In this document: in pieces, positions 52,046 through 61,844 of the stretch
Layout: every line of letters starts with the position of its first letter
Position numbering within the stretch: the first letter of the stretch is position 1
Program-made: the position numbers and the translations under genes
NCBI GenBank assembly: GCA_963700285.1
Contig: CAVOXA010000009.1
Location: 1 to 64,000 of the forward strand
Origin: an uncultured Chloroflexia bacterium
GTDB taxonomy: Bacteria; Chloroflexota; Anaerolineae; JAAYZQ01
Reading direction: 5' to 3'
DNA length: 64,000 nucleotides
Notes under the pieces: model-generated
Told to the model about the DNA's origin: nothing
The model's input: only the letters and a program-made list of their open reading frames with translations
The model's database searches: none

Positions 52046-52576
52046 TCACTCCTGCTCTCTTAGCTGTAGCTTGTAGTTACCGCGAATCTCGTCAAATAGA
52101 GCACAGTATCGGCTGCTGGCATAGTCCGGATAGGTCCAGGGCCAGGGGCGGAAGCGACCTCGCTGGTAGGTCAGCGTCACTTCGCCATAGATGCCCTGGC
52201 CCAGGTAGATTCGGTGGGCGTGGTTTTTGGTTGAAGCGAGCACGAGTTTGCCCAGAGAGACGTAGCCGGGATCGATGTTCACCCGACGCCTACCTTCCTT
52301 CGCCATCAGCCACTCCAGTTCATTGGTTCTTAGCTTGATGTCTGGCAACTGTGAGGGATCGATGAGCTGCGCAAAGGCACAGATCTGCCGCTGCAGGTTC
52401 GGCCCAAACTCATGCGCATAGTAATCGGTATGGTCAAAGGCAAACAGCTCGCTTTCAATCTCGGTGGGTCCAAAAACGCGGACCAGCGCTGCTTTGGCGT
52501 CTGAGATCAGGCCTGGCTCCCCAGCGAGGAGACTCGTTATTAGTTGGACCGGTGCTGCATCTCGTGCCGATGCCAT
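52046..52576 (-). CDS. DUF4416 family protein
   Basis: F.HTDYY..E.G, K..TN.LE, R.VNIDPGY, LASTK...HRIYL..GIY, WTYPDY. Confidence 0.88.
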   Translation of the reverse strand: MASARDAAPVQLITSLLAGEPGLISDAKAALVRVFGPTEIESELFAFDHTDYYAHEFGPNLQRQICAFAQLIDPSQLPDIKLRTNELEWLMAKEGRRRVNIDPGYVSLGKLVLASTKNHAHRIYLGQGIYGEVTLTYQRGRFRPWPWTYPDYASSRYCALFDEIRGNYKLQLREQE

Positions 52577-52716
52577 TGACTTGCTCCCTTCCACCAAATC
52601 ATACGGCAAACCCTACCTCCTGTCAATTTGGCGAGCCGTACTCAACTGTGGTATACTTTCGGGCCTGTCCGGGCCTTCCTGCCCGGACAGCCAATTTTGA
52701 ACTCAGGGAAGGCACC

Positions 52717-53901
52717 ATGACCACTGAGGTAGTAGTTGGAACTAAGCCGGTTGACGCCGCACGATTCCAAACGGACCGCGTGACGGCCATGTCTGCCTCC
52801 CACGCGGTACATGATACCTACTCTGCGTTCCTCCCTCCACTTCTGCCGATCTTCATCGAGACTATGTCGCTGACCAATACTGGGGCTGGGATGTTGACTG
52901 TCTTTTTGCAACTGCCATCGCTGACCCAGCCCTTCATTGGGCACCTGGCAGATCGTGTGGGCTTGCGCTATGCGGTCATTCTGGCACCTGCCGTGGCCGG
53001 CGCAACGATGAGCCTTCTGGGCGTGGCTCCAACTTATGGTGTTCTCGTTCTGCTCCTGCTGCTAGCAGGTATCATGTCTGCGGCGCTGCACGCCGTGGGC
53101 CCGGTGATGACTGGCCGTCTCTCGGGCAGCAGCCTCGGGCAGGGCATGGGATTCTGGATGGTCGGCGGCGAGTTGGGCCGAACGTTGGGACCAATCATCA
53201 TTGTCACGGCGGTGCAGTTTCTGACGCTGGAGGGAATGCCCTGGCTGATGATAGGCGGTTTGGTGGCCTCGGCCCTTCTTTGGGTCGGGCTCAGGGACCT
53301 GTCAGGGCTCCCGACTGATTCAGAGTCGGGCCTGCACTGGCAGGAGGCATTGCGAAATATGTGGCCGTTCTTGCTACCACTGGCGGGCATAATCGTCGTA
53401 CGCGCTTTTATGGTTTCGGCATTGACCACCTATCTTCCCATCTTTCTTCACAGCGAAGGATCCACCCTGTGGTTCGCGGGCATATCTCTTGCCGTCCTGG
53501 AGGCAGCCGGTGTCGCCGGGGCATTGCTTGGGGGTTCGCTCAGTGACCGGGTCGGCCGCCGTGTGGTACTGGTTGTCTCGCTGGTGAGTACGCCTATCCT
53601 TATGTTCATCTTTCTGGCTACCAGTGGCTGGCTGCGGTTTCCACTATTGCTTCTGCTCGGTTTTACTGCCCTGTCCGTCATTCCGGTCATCATGGCGCTG
53701 GTGCAGGAGAGCTTTCCTGAGAATCGCGCCCTGGCCAATGGCGTCTACATGTCAATGTCCTTCCTCCTTCGTTCGGGCGCCGTCCTTTTGCTGGGAATGA
53801 TGGGCGACTCTTGGGGAATGCGTACAGCTTTTGCCGTCAGCGCCGTGCTCCCACTGCTGGGTTTGCCTTTTCTCTGGCTGCTGCCTTCGAGGCAGCGCTG
53901 A
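52717..53901 (+). CDS. MFS transporter (Fsr-like)
   Basis: SHAVHDTY..FLPPLLP, QP.IG.LADR, GGSLSDRVGRR; about 12 TM. Confidence 0.9.
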   Translation: MTTEVVVGTKPVDAARFQTDRVTAMSASHAVHDTYSAFLPPLLPIFIETMSLTNTGAGMLTVFLQLPSLTQPFIGHLADRVGLRYAVILAPAVAGATMSLLGVAPTYGVLVLLLLLAGIMSAALHAVGPVMTGRLSGSSLGQGMGFWMVGGELGRTLGPIIIVTAVQFLTLEGMPWLMIGGLVASALLWVGLRDLSGLPTDSESGLHWQEALRNMWPFLLPLAGIIVVRAFMVSALTTYLPIFLHSEGSTLWFAGISLAVLEAAGVAGALLGGSLSDRVGRRVVLVVSLVSTPILMFIFLATSGWLRFPLLLLLGFTALSVIPVIMALVQESFPENRALANGVYMSMSFLLRSGAVLLLGMMGDSWGMRTAFAVSAVLPLLGLPFLWLLPSRQR

Positions 53902-53997
53902 GTGCCAGGGTTGGTGCGTGTTGAACCACAACCTGTCAGCTTCAAAGCCATCCGTGCGGGTGGTGACTGTGGGCTGGTCGTCATCCCTCGATCTGCT

Positions 53998-55040
53998 GAG
54001 TATAGCGCAAAAGTGTGGGAGGACTGAGTTGCCGTTATGCCGGTCGGTCTTGGTCGATCAGCGATCCATCGAGTATACTGGTCTGAGCGTATCCACTTCA
54101 ATGAGGAGGCAGAAGCCACGTATCGTCAGATGTCGCGTGCTCAGCGCGAAGCCGCTTTTCTGGAGAAGGCAGCCCACATGTATGGTGTCTTGGAAGACTG
54201 GTATGATCAGCATCCTGAGGCTAGCTTTGGTGAGATTGAGGCAGAGGCTTGTGGTCTCCGGCGCGAGTTGATGGGGGAGGGATTGGCCATGTTGATCAAT
54301 GGTCGGGACACAGGCTATCAACAGGAAACGCCGACATGTTCAGCATGTGGACAGGCCATGGAATTCAAGGGACACCGGCGATGGGGGATATCAGGCTTGG
54401 AAGGTGAGACAACGCTGATGCGAGCCTACTACGTCTGCCCAGGGTGTAAAGGGGAGACGCTAAGGAATGATGGCCAAATCGTTCGATCTGGCAGCGGAGG
54501 CGTACGTGGATGCGGTAGGCAGCTCGATGTCGTCCGATAGTCTACGCCGCATCACAGAGGGCTGGGGGCGAAGGGTGGAAGAGCAGCGTGAAGAAGTTGC
54601 CGAACGAGCCAACGCCCCGGCACAAAGAGGGGAGAGTCCCCAAGAGCGGATGGCCCGGCACCAATATGCTGAAGGACTATGACTGTGGGCAGGGGAGATC
54701 ACGAAGGTGGAAGCAGCGCTGGAGGAACTAGGCTTGGATCAAAAGCGGTGGCCTGACGAGGTGCGTCAGGCGCCAGGATACTTTGAAGGAAATCGGATGC
54801 GTATGCGCTACGATGAGTTTCGGGCAGAAAGCTATCCTATTGGGAGCGGTACAGTGGAAAGCGGTATCAATACCGTGGTCCACCACCGGATGAAACGTCC
54901 TGGACGGGGTTGGGAGCGGTCGAATGGACAAGCCATGCTGGCTGGATTGAGTGAGTTACACAGTGGTCGCTTTGAGCAAGCCTGGAAGGACACCCTGCCC
55001 TCGGCCGCATGACTGTTCCCCACAGTTCTGCGCTATACTC
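53998..55040 (+). mobile_element. ISKra4-like insertion sequence remnant with intact terminal IRs and an internally deleted transposase
   Basis: IRL gagtatagcgcaaaagtgtggg; IRR reverse complement gagtatagcgcagaactgtggg; fragments CSACG...R.YY.CPGC and YF..N..RMRY..FR...YPIGSG.VES...RMKR.G..W. Confidence 0.85.
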
Positions 55041-55057
55041 TTTCGCCGGGGTGGAGT

Positions 55058-55086
55058 TTGACAAGCGGGCCGAGTTGGGCTACAAT
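55058..55086 (+). promoter_or_regulatory. tRNA operon promoter
   Basis: TTGACA-17 bp-TACAAT. Confidence 0.8.
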
Positions 55087-55099
55087 ACAGACTGCGATT

Positions 55100-55172
55100 G
55101 CCGCGGTAGCTCAGTTGGTAGAGCATTTGACTGAAAATCAAAGGGTCCCCAGTTCAAGTCTGGGCTGCGGCA
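55100..55172 (+). tRNA. tRNA-Phe(GAA)
   Basis: Cloverleaf; anticodon arm tttga-ctGAAaa-tcaaa; no encoded CCA. Confidence 0.95.
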
Positions 55173-55198
55173 TTCGAATCGAACTGTCATAGCAGTAT

Positions 55199-55270
55199 GC
55201 GGGCGTGGCTCAGTGGTAGAGCATCTCCTTGCCAAGGAGAAAGTCGTGGGTTCGAATCCCATCGCCCGCT
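55199..55270 (+). tRNA. tRNA-Gly(GCC)
   Basis: gcgggcg acceptor; tctcc-ttGCCaa-ggaga; GTTCGAATC. Confidence 0.96.
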
Positions 55271-55295
55271 CTGTCTTCAATCGGCCGTATGGCAC

Positions 55296-55366
55296 GGCGA
55301 CGTAGCCAAGTGGAAAGGCAGCGGTCTGCAAAACCGCCATCACGGGTTCAAATCCCGTCGTCGCCT
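55296..55366 (+). tRNA. tRNA-Cys(GCA)
   Basis: ggcgacg acceptor; gcggt-ctGCAaa-accgc; U discriminator. Confidence 0.96.
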
Positions 55367-55420
55367 CTGGGCAAACGGGCTGGTAGCGTGTGACGCTATC
55401 AGCCGTTTGTTATCGGTCAT

Positions 55421-55504
55421 GGGGCGGTGGCGGAATGGCAGACGCTGCGGACTTAAAATCCGCTGGGGTAATACCCCGTGTGGGTTCGAATCCCACCCGC
55501 CCTA
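55421..55504 (+). tRNA. tRNA-Leu(TAA)
   Basis: gcgga-ctTAAaa-tccgc; long variable arm gggg-taata-cccc. Confidence 0.95.
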
Positions 55505-55513
55505 CCTGTCCAG

Positions 55514-55542
55514 GCCCTCCCCCATCGGGGAGGGCTCTTTCT
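55514..55542 (+). terminator. Terminator of the tRNA operon
   Basis: gccctcccc-catc-ggggagggc-tctttct. Confidence 0.8.
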
Positions 55543-55692
55543 ATTCCCGACTGTTATGCTAGAGAGTTGACCCTCTGGCATGAGATTCGAGGTATGATGA
55601 GTCCGCGGCAACCTGCGGTGCGAGTGCCGGCTTTGCTGCGTGCCAGCAAGACTCGGTAGCTAATGCCCATGAGACGTCGACGAGGTGACGAC

Positions 55693-56304
55693 ATGACAAC
55701 AACCGTAGACGCCCGGGGGCTGGCCTGCCCCCAACCGGTGATCCAGACCCGCAAGGCGATGCAGCAGGCGGACCAGGTGCGTGACCCTGGTGGACAATGA
55801 CACGGCTCGGTGACCAACGTCTCGCGCATGGCCGAGAAGGCCGGCTGGCAGGTAAACGTGATCCCCGAGGGCGACGAGTATCCGCATCGAGCTGGCCAAG
55901 GGAAGAGGCCAGGGCCGCTGAGCCTCAGCACGAGCCACCTGCCGTGGGCAAGGCCGAGGCCGGCCAGCGGACCCCTGGTCCTGGTGGTATCGTCCGACAT
56001 CATGGGCCGGGGCGAGGCGGAGCTGGGCAACATCCTGATCCGGGGCTTTTTCCACACCCTGGGCGAGGTGGAGCCCCTGCCGCAGACGATCATCTTTTTC
56101 AACACCGGCGTCAAGCTGGCCTGCGAGGGCTCGCCCGTGCTGGACGATCTGTGCGCTCTGGAGGCAGAGGGGATCGAGATGCTGGTCTGCGGCACCTGCC
56201 TGGGCTACTTTGAGCTGACGGACAAGCTGGCGGCGGGACAGGTCTCCAACATGTACGACATCGCCGAGACGATGCTGGGCGCGGGCAAGGTGGTGAACCT
56301 GTAG
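55693..56304 (+). CDS. yedF: Sulfurtransferase-like selenium metabolism protein (TusA-DsrE fusion); indels
   Basis: VDARGLACPQPVI; MGRGE.ELG.IL, F.N.GVKL, CGTCL.YF, G.VSNMY. Confidence 0.88.
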
Positions 56305-56305
56305 C

Positions 56306-56526
56306 ATGGCCGAGTACAGCGTCGTTCTCTTCCACTCCACAGCCCACGCCATCCGCGCCGAGAAGGTGCTGCTGCAGGCGGGCTTCAAGATCAAGATGAT
56401 CCCCACGCCGCGCCAGCTCAGCTCCGATTGTGGCATGGCCCTGCGCTTTGACCGGGCAGAGGCGGGGCGGGTAGCGGCAGTCCTGGATGAGAACGGGTGC
56501 CCATCAACGGCATCCATGGGATCTAG
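56306..56526 (+). CDS. DUF3343 putative Se/S carrier protein; 3' frameshift
   Basis: F.ST..AI.AEK.L, IPTPRQLSSDCG.ALRF. Confidence 0.88.
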
Positions 56527-56663
56527 CTCACTGGGCGAAGGTCGACCGAGCCCTGTGCGACTCAGGGCGCACGAAGGCTTCCCGCAAACAAGTGGGCATT
56601 ACTCAGTCCGGCAAAGAGTGCCTGTACTGGCGAGCAGAGATTCTAGTGTAATGAGGATACGAA

Positions 56664-57724
56664 ATGACGATTGACTGGAACAACGTACGGCTGACCGCGC
56701 TGACCTCGGCTGCTGGCTGAGCGTCCAAGCGGTCGCCTGACGACCTGGCGCAGGTGCTGCGCCCACTGCGAGAGACCTTTCCAGCGAAGCAGACTATCCC
56801 CAACCTGTTGGTGGGGCTGACTTCGCCCGACGATGCGGCGGTGTACCAGATCAGCGACGAGCTAGGCCCTCATCTTTACCACCGACTTTTTCACGCCGGT
56901 GGTGGACGATCCCTATACCTATGGCGCGGTCGCCGCGGCCAATGCCATGAGCGACGTCTATGCCATGGGCGGGCAGGTGGTCCTGGCCCTGAGCATCGCC
57001 GCCTTTCCGCCCAAGCTGCCCGCGGCGACCATCAGCGAGATCCTGCGCGGCGCGGCCGAAAAGGTGGCCGAGGCCGGCGGCGTGATCGCCGGCGGACACA
57101 CCATCGACGACGACGAGCCCAAGTTCGGCCTGGCGGTGATGGGCACCGTCCATCCCAGCCGGGTGGGCAAGAAGGGTGGCGCGCGGCCAGGCGACCAGCT
57201 CCTGCTGACCAAGCCGCTGGGCGTGGGCATCATCACCACCGCCGCCAAGGGCGACGCAGCCGATCCGGCCCACCTGGAGGCGGCGATCCGAGTCCATGCT
57301 GCAGCTCAACCGCAGGGCGGCAGAGCTGGCCCAGCAGGTCGACTTTCACGCCATGACCGACATCACCGGCTTTGCCCTGCTGGGCCACGGCTACGAGATG
57401 GCGGCAGCCAGAGCGAGGTGCGCTTTCGCTTTCACTTTGAGCAACTGCCCTTCCTGCCCGGCGCCAAGGACTATGCCGACCTGTGGCTCTTCCCCGGAGG
57501 GGCCTGCAACAACCAGCGGACCTACGAGGCAGCACGTCACCTTCAACGGGCTGGAGGAGGAGATGCAGATGCTGCTCTTCACGCCCGAGACCAGCGGCGG
57601 GCTGCTCATCGCCCTGCCGCCGGCCGAGGCCGACCGGCTGGAGGCCCTGTGCCAGGAGGCCGGACAGGCGGTCTGGCGCGTGGGCGAGGTGGTTGAGGGC
57701 GAGGGGATTGAGGTAGTACCGTGA
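56664..57724 (+). CDS. selD: Selenide, water dikinase; selenoprotein (Sec at codon 19); indels
   Basis: RLT...AAG-TGA(56718-56720)-ASK at the catalytic C/U-x-x-K site; DDAAVY, DFFTP.VDDPY, AANAMSDVYAMGG, GGHT, TDITGF.LLGH, PETSGGLL. Confidence 0.95.
56731..56763 (+). promoter_or_regulatory. Putative bacterial SECIS element
   Basis: Hairpins ggtcg-cctga-cgacc and ggcgcag-gtg-ctgcgcc; G-led loop about 33 nt after the UGA. Confidence 0.65.
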
Positions 57725-57770
57725 GGTGGGGGGTGCCGAGCCGCCACTAGATCGAGAAACCCAAAGAAAA

Positions 57771-57805
57771 GAGACCCTCAGAGGATTGAAACCTCTGGGG
57801 GTCTC
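57771..57805. repeat. REP-like hairpin between convergent genes
   Basis: gagaccctcagagg-attgaaa-cctctgggggtctc. Confidence 0.7.
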
Positions 57806-57863
57806 GCGATTGGGGGAGGATGATCTGCCTTTGCCATACGCCATATCTTGCCGGCGAGGCAGC

Positions 57864-58700
57864 CTAATGCCGGTGCGGCCCGCCTCCGCCAATCAGGAGA
57901 GCGGCGCTCCTGGGTGAGCACCGGAATTCATAGTACTCGGCCGCAGCAGCGGACGAGGTAGCAACCCTGGGGTCATGCCTCAGCTCCGAGCAGGAAACAC
58001 TCCCGGCCTTGGAGCGATACATGCTGGCGAATCGCTGGGCATCCGAGCGGACCAGGTACCGGCCGGCTTCGAACCAGGCGCTGATGCCTGGGCGGTTTTC
58101 GTCAAGCACGTCAAGCCCCGCCCCCGCGGGTTTCGCTGAAGCACTCCACGCAGGGTCGCCAGTTGCCTTGAGCACCGGGAGATTGCCATAGTTGGCAGTG
58201 CCTGGCCCTGGCTCGCTGGCAGCCAATCTCAGGGCGCCATACGCTCCGGCGAATCGCCAGTTCGTATCAACCTTTTCCTGAGCGTTGGACTTGCCGGCCG
58301 CAAGCCTGAACAGGCCATAGGACCCGGCGCCGTTGGGCATTTCGCCATCGGAGCCCGATTCGGCGACCAGGAGATGGCCAACGCCATAGGGTCCGAAACC
58401 ATTGCCTGGCTCGCCAGCACTGTCGGCTGCGCTGGCTGCCAGATGGACAATGCCATAGGGCCCGTAGCCATTGCCCAGGGTGCTGGCCGCCATGTGGGCT
58501 ATGCCATAAGGCCCGTAACCATTGCCCAGTTCACTGTCGGGTGCTGTGGTCTCGTTGCAAGCCGTCACAAGCACGGCTCCTATAAGAACAACCAGACAGA
58601 CTACCAGCAGCCGCCACATCGGCGCCTGGGAGCCCAGACGCCCTCCCACCTGCCCCTTCCCTTTCGAGGTGGACCGGTCGATCCTCTGTACCTCGCTCAT
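57864..58700 (-). CDS. Hypothetical lipoprotein with 5-6 GNGYGPYG-type repeats
   Basis: GGAGG SD plus ATG at 58700; hydrophobic segment ending VTAC; repeats visible at DNA and protein level. Confidence 0.72.
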   Translation of the reverse strand: MSEVQRIDRSTSKGKGQVGGRLGSQAPMWRLLVVCLVVLIGAVLVTACNETTAPDSELGNGYGPYGIAHMAASTLGNGYGPYGIVHLAASAADSAGEPGNGFGPYGVGHLLVAESGSDGEMPNGAGSYGLFRLAAGKSNAQEKVDTNWRFAGAYGALRLAASEPGPGTANYGNLPVLKATGDPAWSASAKPAGAGLDVLDENRPGISAWFEAGRYLVRSDAQRFASMYRSKAGSVSCSELRHDPRVATSSAAAAEYYEFRCSPRSAALLIGGGGPHRH

Positions 58701-58925
58701 GGGTTGCCTCCTTCCAAGATTTTGGCTGATACTACTCACCTAAACGTGCAGCAGACGCGTTTTCCGGCAGTAGATCATGGGTAAGTGCCGGCAGTTTAGC
58801 AGACAGGCGCAAGGTGAACGTCATAACCACGCAAAGCATCCCAGTTTTCGATTGAGCGCTATGGCCTTGCCTTCACAGCCGGTCAGTTGTACAATAGGTA
58901 GCCCATACACCGGATTGGAGGCACC

Positions 58926-59987
58926 ATGGACGAACTGCGAGTAGGCATGATTGGCACCGGCCGCATCTCGGATCTGCATGCCCTGGAGTACCTGGCCAAC
59001 GACCGGGCGCGCATCGTGGCCGTGTGCGACGTCGATTCCGAACTTGCCCGGCAACGGGGACAGGCCTGGGGTGTTTCTGAGGACCGGGTTTTGGGCGATT
59101 ACCATGACCTGCTGGCCCTGCCGGATGTGGATCTGGTAGAGATCCTGCTGCCCCACCACCTGCACTACCAGGCTACGCTGGATGCCGCGGCTGCAGGCAA
59201 GCACATCTCCCTGCAGAAGCCAATGGCTCTGACCGTTGCCGAGGCGGACGAGATGATTGCGGCGGCCGGGAACGCTGGCGTCATTTTCAAGGTGTTTGAG
59301 AACTTTATCTTCTACCCACCGGTACAGCGGGCCAAGGCCCTGATCGAAGCGGGCGAAATCGGCGACCCGCTCACCATCCGCATCAAGAGCAATTCCGGGA
59401 CCAGCCCCGGTCAGTGGGAGGTGCCCCTCGCGGCCTGGGCGTGGCGGTTTGCGCCCGAGCAGTGCGGGGGCGGTCCACTGGTCTTTGACGATGGGCACCA
59501 CAAGTTCTCGCTGGCCTGGTACTTTATGGGCCCCGCCGAGGAGGTCCACGCCTGGATCGGAGAGACCGAGATCATGCCGGGCTTGACCCTGGACGCACCG
59601 GCCATCATTTCGTGGAAGTTCCCCGGCAACCGATTCGGCTCGCTGGAGGCCGTCTACTCGCCGGAACTCGTGCTGGACACGGCCCACTATGCTCAGGACG
59701 ACCGCATCGAGATCACGGGGACCAAGGGCGTCATCTGGATCACGCGCGGGCACGGCAGGATGCTGGACGTGCCGCCCGTGGTGCTGTACCGCGACCGGCA
59801 GACCTTTACCTATTCCGACATGCCGGTTGGCTGGGAGCAGAGCTTTATCAACTCGACCCGGCATTTTATCGACGCCTATTTCAAGGGAGAGCCCCCAAGC
59901 CTGACAGGGGAAGAGGGACGCGAGGTGCTGCGCTTTGCCCTGGCAGCGCAAACGTCGGCGCGCACCGGCCAGGCCGTAAAACCGTAA
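58926..59987 (+). CDS. Gfo/Idh/MocA family oxidoreductase
   Basis: GMIGTGRI, P.HLH, AGKH.SLQKP, GGG...D.G.H. Confidence 0.92.
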   Translation: MDELRVGMIGTGRISDLHALEYLANDRARIVAVCDVDSELARQRGQAWGVSEDRVLGDYHDLLALPDVDLVEILLPHHLHYQATLDAAAAGKHISLQKPMALTVAEADEMIAAAGNAGVIFKVFENFIFYPPVQRAKALIEAGEIGDPLTIRIKSNSGTSPGQWEVPLAAWAWRFAPEQCGGGPLVFDDGHHKFSLAWYFMGPAEEVHAWIGETEIMPGLTLDAPAIISWKFPGNRFGSLEAVYSPELVLDTAHYAQDDRIEITGTKGVIWITRGHGRMLDVPPVVLYRDRQTFTYSDMPVGWEQSFINSTRHFIDAYFKGEPPSLTGEEGREVLRFALAAQTSARTGQAVKP

Positions 59988-60004
59988 AGCGGAGGCTGCC
60001 AACA

Positions 60005-61810
60005 ATGCTACTCACCGGCTCAGAAATCATCACCGACATCCTCGCCCGCGAAAAGGTTCCCTATGCCATCGGCATTGGCGGGCACGGCAACCTGGCCCTG
60101 GTGGACGCCCTGCGCCGCACCCAGGACCGCATCCGCGTGATCATGCCCCGCCACGAGCAAGCGGCGGTGCACATGGCCGACGGCTACTACCGCGTCAAGG
60201 GCGAACCGCTGGCGGTCTTTACCTCCATTGGCGCCGGCGCCTCCAACACAGCCCTGGGGCTGGCTACGGCTTACGTGGACTCGATCCCGCTGCTGCTCTT
60301 AATCGGGGAGACGCACACCTACATGCGCGGGGTGGGCGTGCTGCAGGAGCTGGACCGGCAGCGCTGGTCGGGTATGCCCCGCATGTTGGAGCCGGCCGTC
60401 AAGCGGAGTTGGCGGATCGACGATGCCGGGCAGTTGCCCCGGGCCGTGAGCCAGGCGTTCAACGCCATGCATACTGGCCGCCCCGGCCCGGTCCTGATCG
60501 ACCTACCGATGGACGTCCAGGCCCAGACGGTCGAGGTACTGCAGGAGATGCTTGATTCGCCGGCGCGGCGGGCCCACGGCCGGCAGGCAGGCGATCCGGC
60601 AGACATACGGCAAGCGGCGAAGCTGCTGGCCAACGCCCAGCGGCCGGTGATCGTGGCCGGCGGCGGCGTGATCCTGTCGGGGGCGGAAGAGGAACTGGCC
60701 CAACTGGCCGAGCACCTGGGCGCTTGCGTGGTGAGCACCATGATGGGCAAGGGCGCCTTTCCCGAGGACCATCCCCTCTATGCCTGGCCCATGGGCACCA
60801 ACGCCACTACCAGCGGCAACCACATGACGACCCATGCCGACGTGCTGCTGGCCGTGGGCGTGCGCTTTGCCGACAAGGCGGCCTGTTCCTACCGCCCTGG
60901 CCAGGCCTTCAGCATCCCGCCCACCAAGCTGCTGCACGTAGACATCGACCCCTTTGAGATCGGCAAGAATTATCCGGTAGACGTGGGCGTCGTGGGCGAC
61001 GCCAAAGCGGTCCTGTCCGGCTTGGTAGCCGCCACGAGGGCGCTGGCGCCGGCCCGCAATTGGCGGCATGCGCCCTACACCCAAGAAATCGCCACCAGGG
61101 TGAGCAAATGGTGGGCCGCAAACCGGGAGCTGCGCGAATCGGACCGGTCGCCGGTCACAATGGGGCGGGTCATAACCGAGGTCCGCAAGGTCCTGCCGCC
61201 GGAGAGCATCGTGACGACCTCAGCGGGCAATATCCAGGCCCAGGTCTTCCAGGAGATGGCCTTTACCCGGCCGAGGACCTACCTCTCGGCGGGTGGATTC
61301 AGCACCATGGGCTGGTCTTACCCGGCGGCCCTGGGGGCCAAGCTGGCGGCGCCCGACGCGCCTGTGGTGGCCATGGTCGGCGACGGCGATTTCCTGATGA
61401 CCTTCCAGGAGTTGGCCACGGCGGTGCAGTACAACATCCCGGCCGTGGCCGTGGTGGTGAACAACACCGGCTGGCAGGCCATCCGCGACCTGCAGCGCAT
61501 CGCCTTTGGCCCGGGGACCGACTATGCGACCATGTTCGAACAGGACGGGCAACCGGTGGGCCCGCACCTGGCCGACGCGGCCCGGGCCTTTGGCGCCCAC
61601 GCGGTCCGCATCTCGCGTCCCGACGAGGTGGCCCCGGCGCTGGAGGAGGCGCTGGCGGCGGAACGGCCGGCCGTGGTGGAAGTGATGGTCGACACAGAGA
61701 TGGGTACCTCAGGCGGGCTGGCGCCCGGCTGGTGGGACGTACCCATCCCGGGGTATTTCCCCGAGCAGCGGGCGGCCTACGAGGAGGGACGGGCAGAAGA
61801 GCAGGTCTGA
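60005..61810 (+). CDS. Thiamine diphosphate-dependent enzyme (ALS/IolD-like)
   Basis: GHGN, RHEQAAVHMADGY, GRPGPV.IDLP.D, GDGDFLM...NN. Confidence 0.9.
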   Translation: MLLTGSEIITDILAREKVPYAIGIGGHGNLALVDALRRTQDRIRVIMPRHEQAAVHMADGYYRVKGEPLAVFTSIGAGASNTALGLATAYVDSIPLLLLIGETHTYMRGVGVLQELDRQRWSGMPRMLEPAVKRSWRIDDAGQLPRAVSQAFNAMHTGRPGPVLIDLPMDVQAQTVEVLQEMLDSPARRAHGRQAGDPADIRQAAKLLANAQRPVIVAGGGVILSGAEEELAQLAEHLGACVVSTMMGKGAFPEDHPLYAWPMGTNATTSGNHMTTHADVLLAVGVRFADKAACSYRPGQAFSIPPTKLLHVDIDPFEIGKNYPVDVGVVGDAKAVLSGLVAATRALAPARNWRHAPYTQEIATRVSKWWAANRELRESDRSPVTMGRVITEVRKVLPPESIVTTSAGNIQAQVFQEMAFTRPRTYLSAGGFSTMGWSYPAALGAKLAAPDAPVVAMVGDGDFLMTFQELATAVQYNIPAVAVVVNNTGWQAIRDLQRIAFGPGTDYATMFEQDGQPVGPHLADAARAFGAHAVRISRPDEVAPALEEALAAERPAVVEVMVDTEMGTSGGLAPGWWDVPIPGYFPEQRAAYEEGRAEEQV

Positions 61811-61844
61811 GCAGGAACTGGCCGCAGCGCTTGCGCAGCCGGCG

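Noticed and set aside
55100-55504. tRNA cluster as an integration site for a prophage or island
   Set aside because: No integrase and no duplicated tRNA 3' end was seen in the window.
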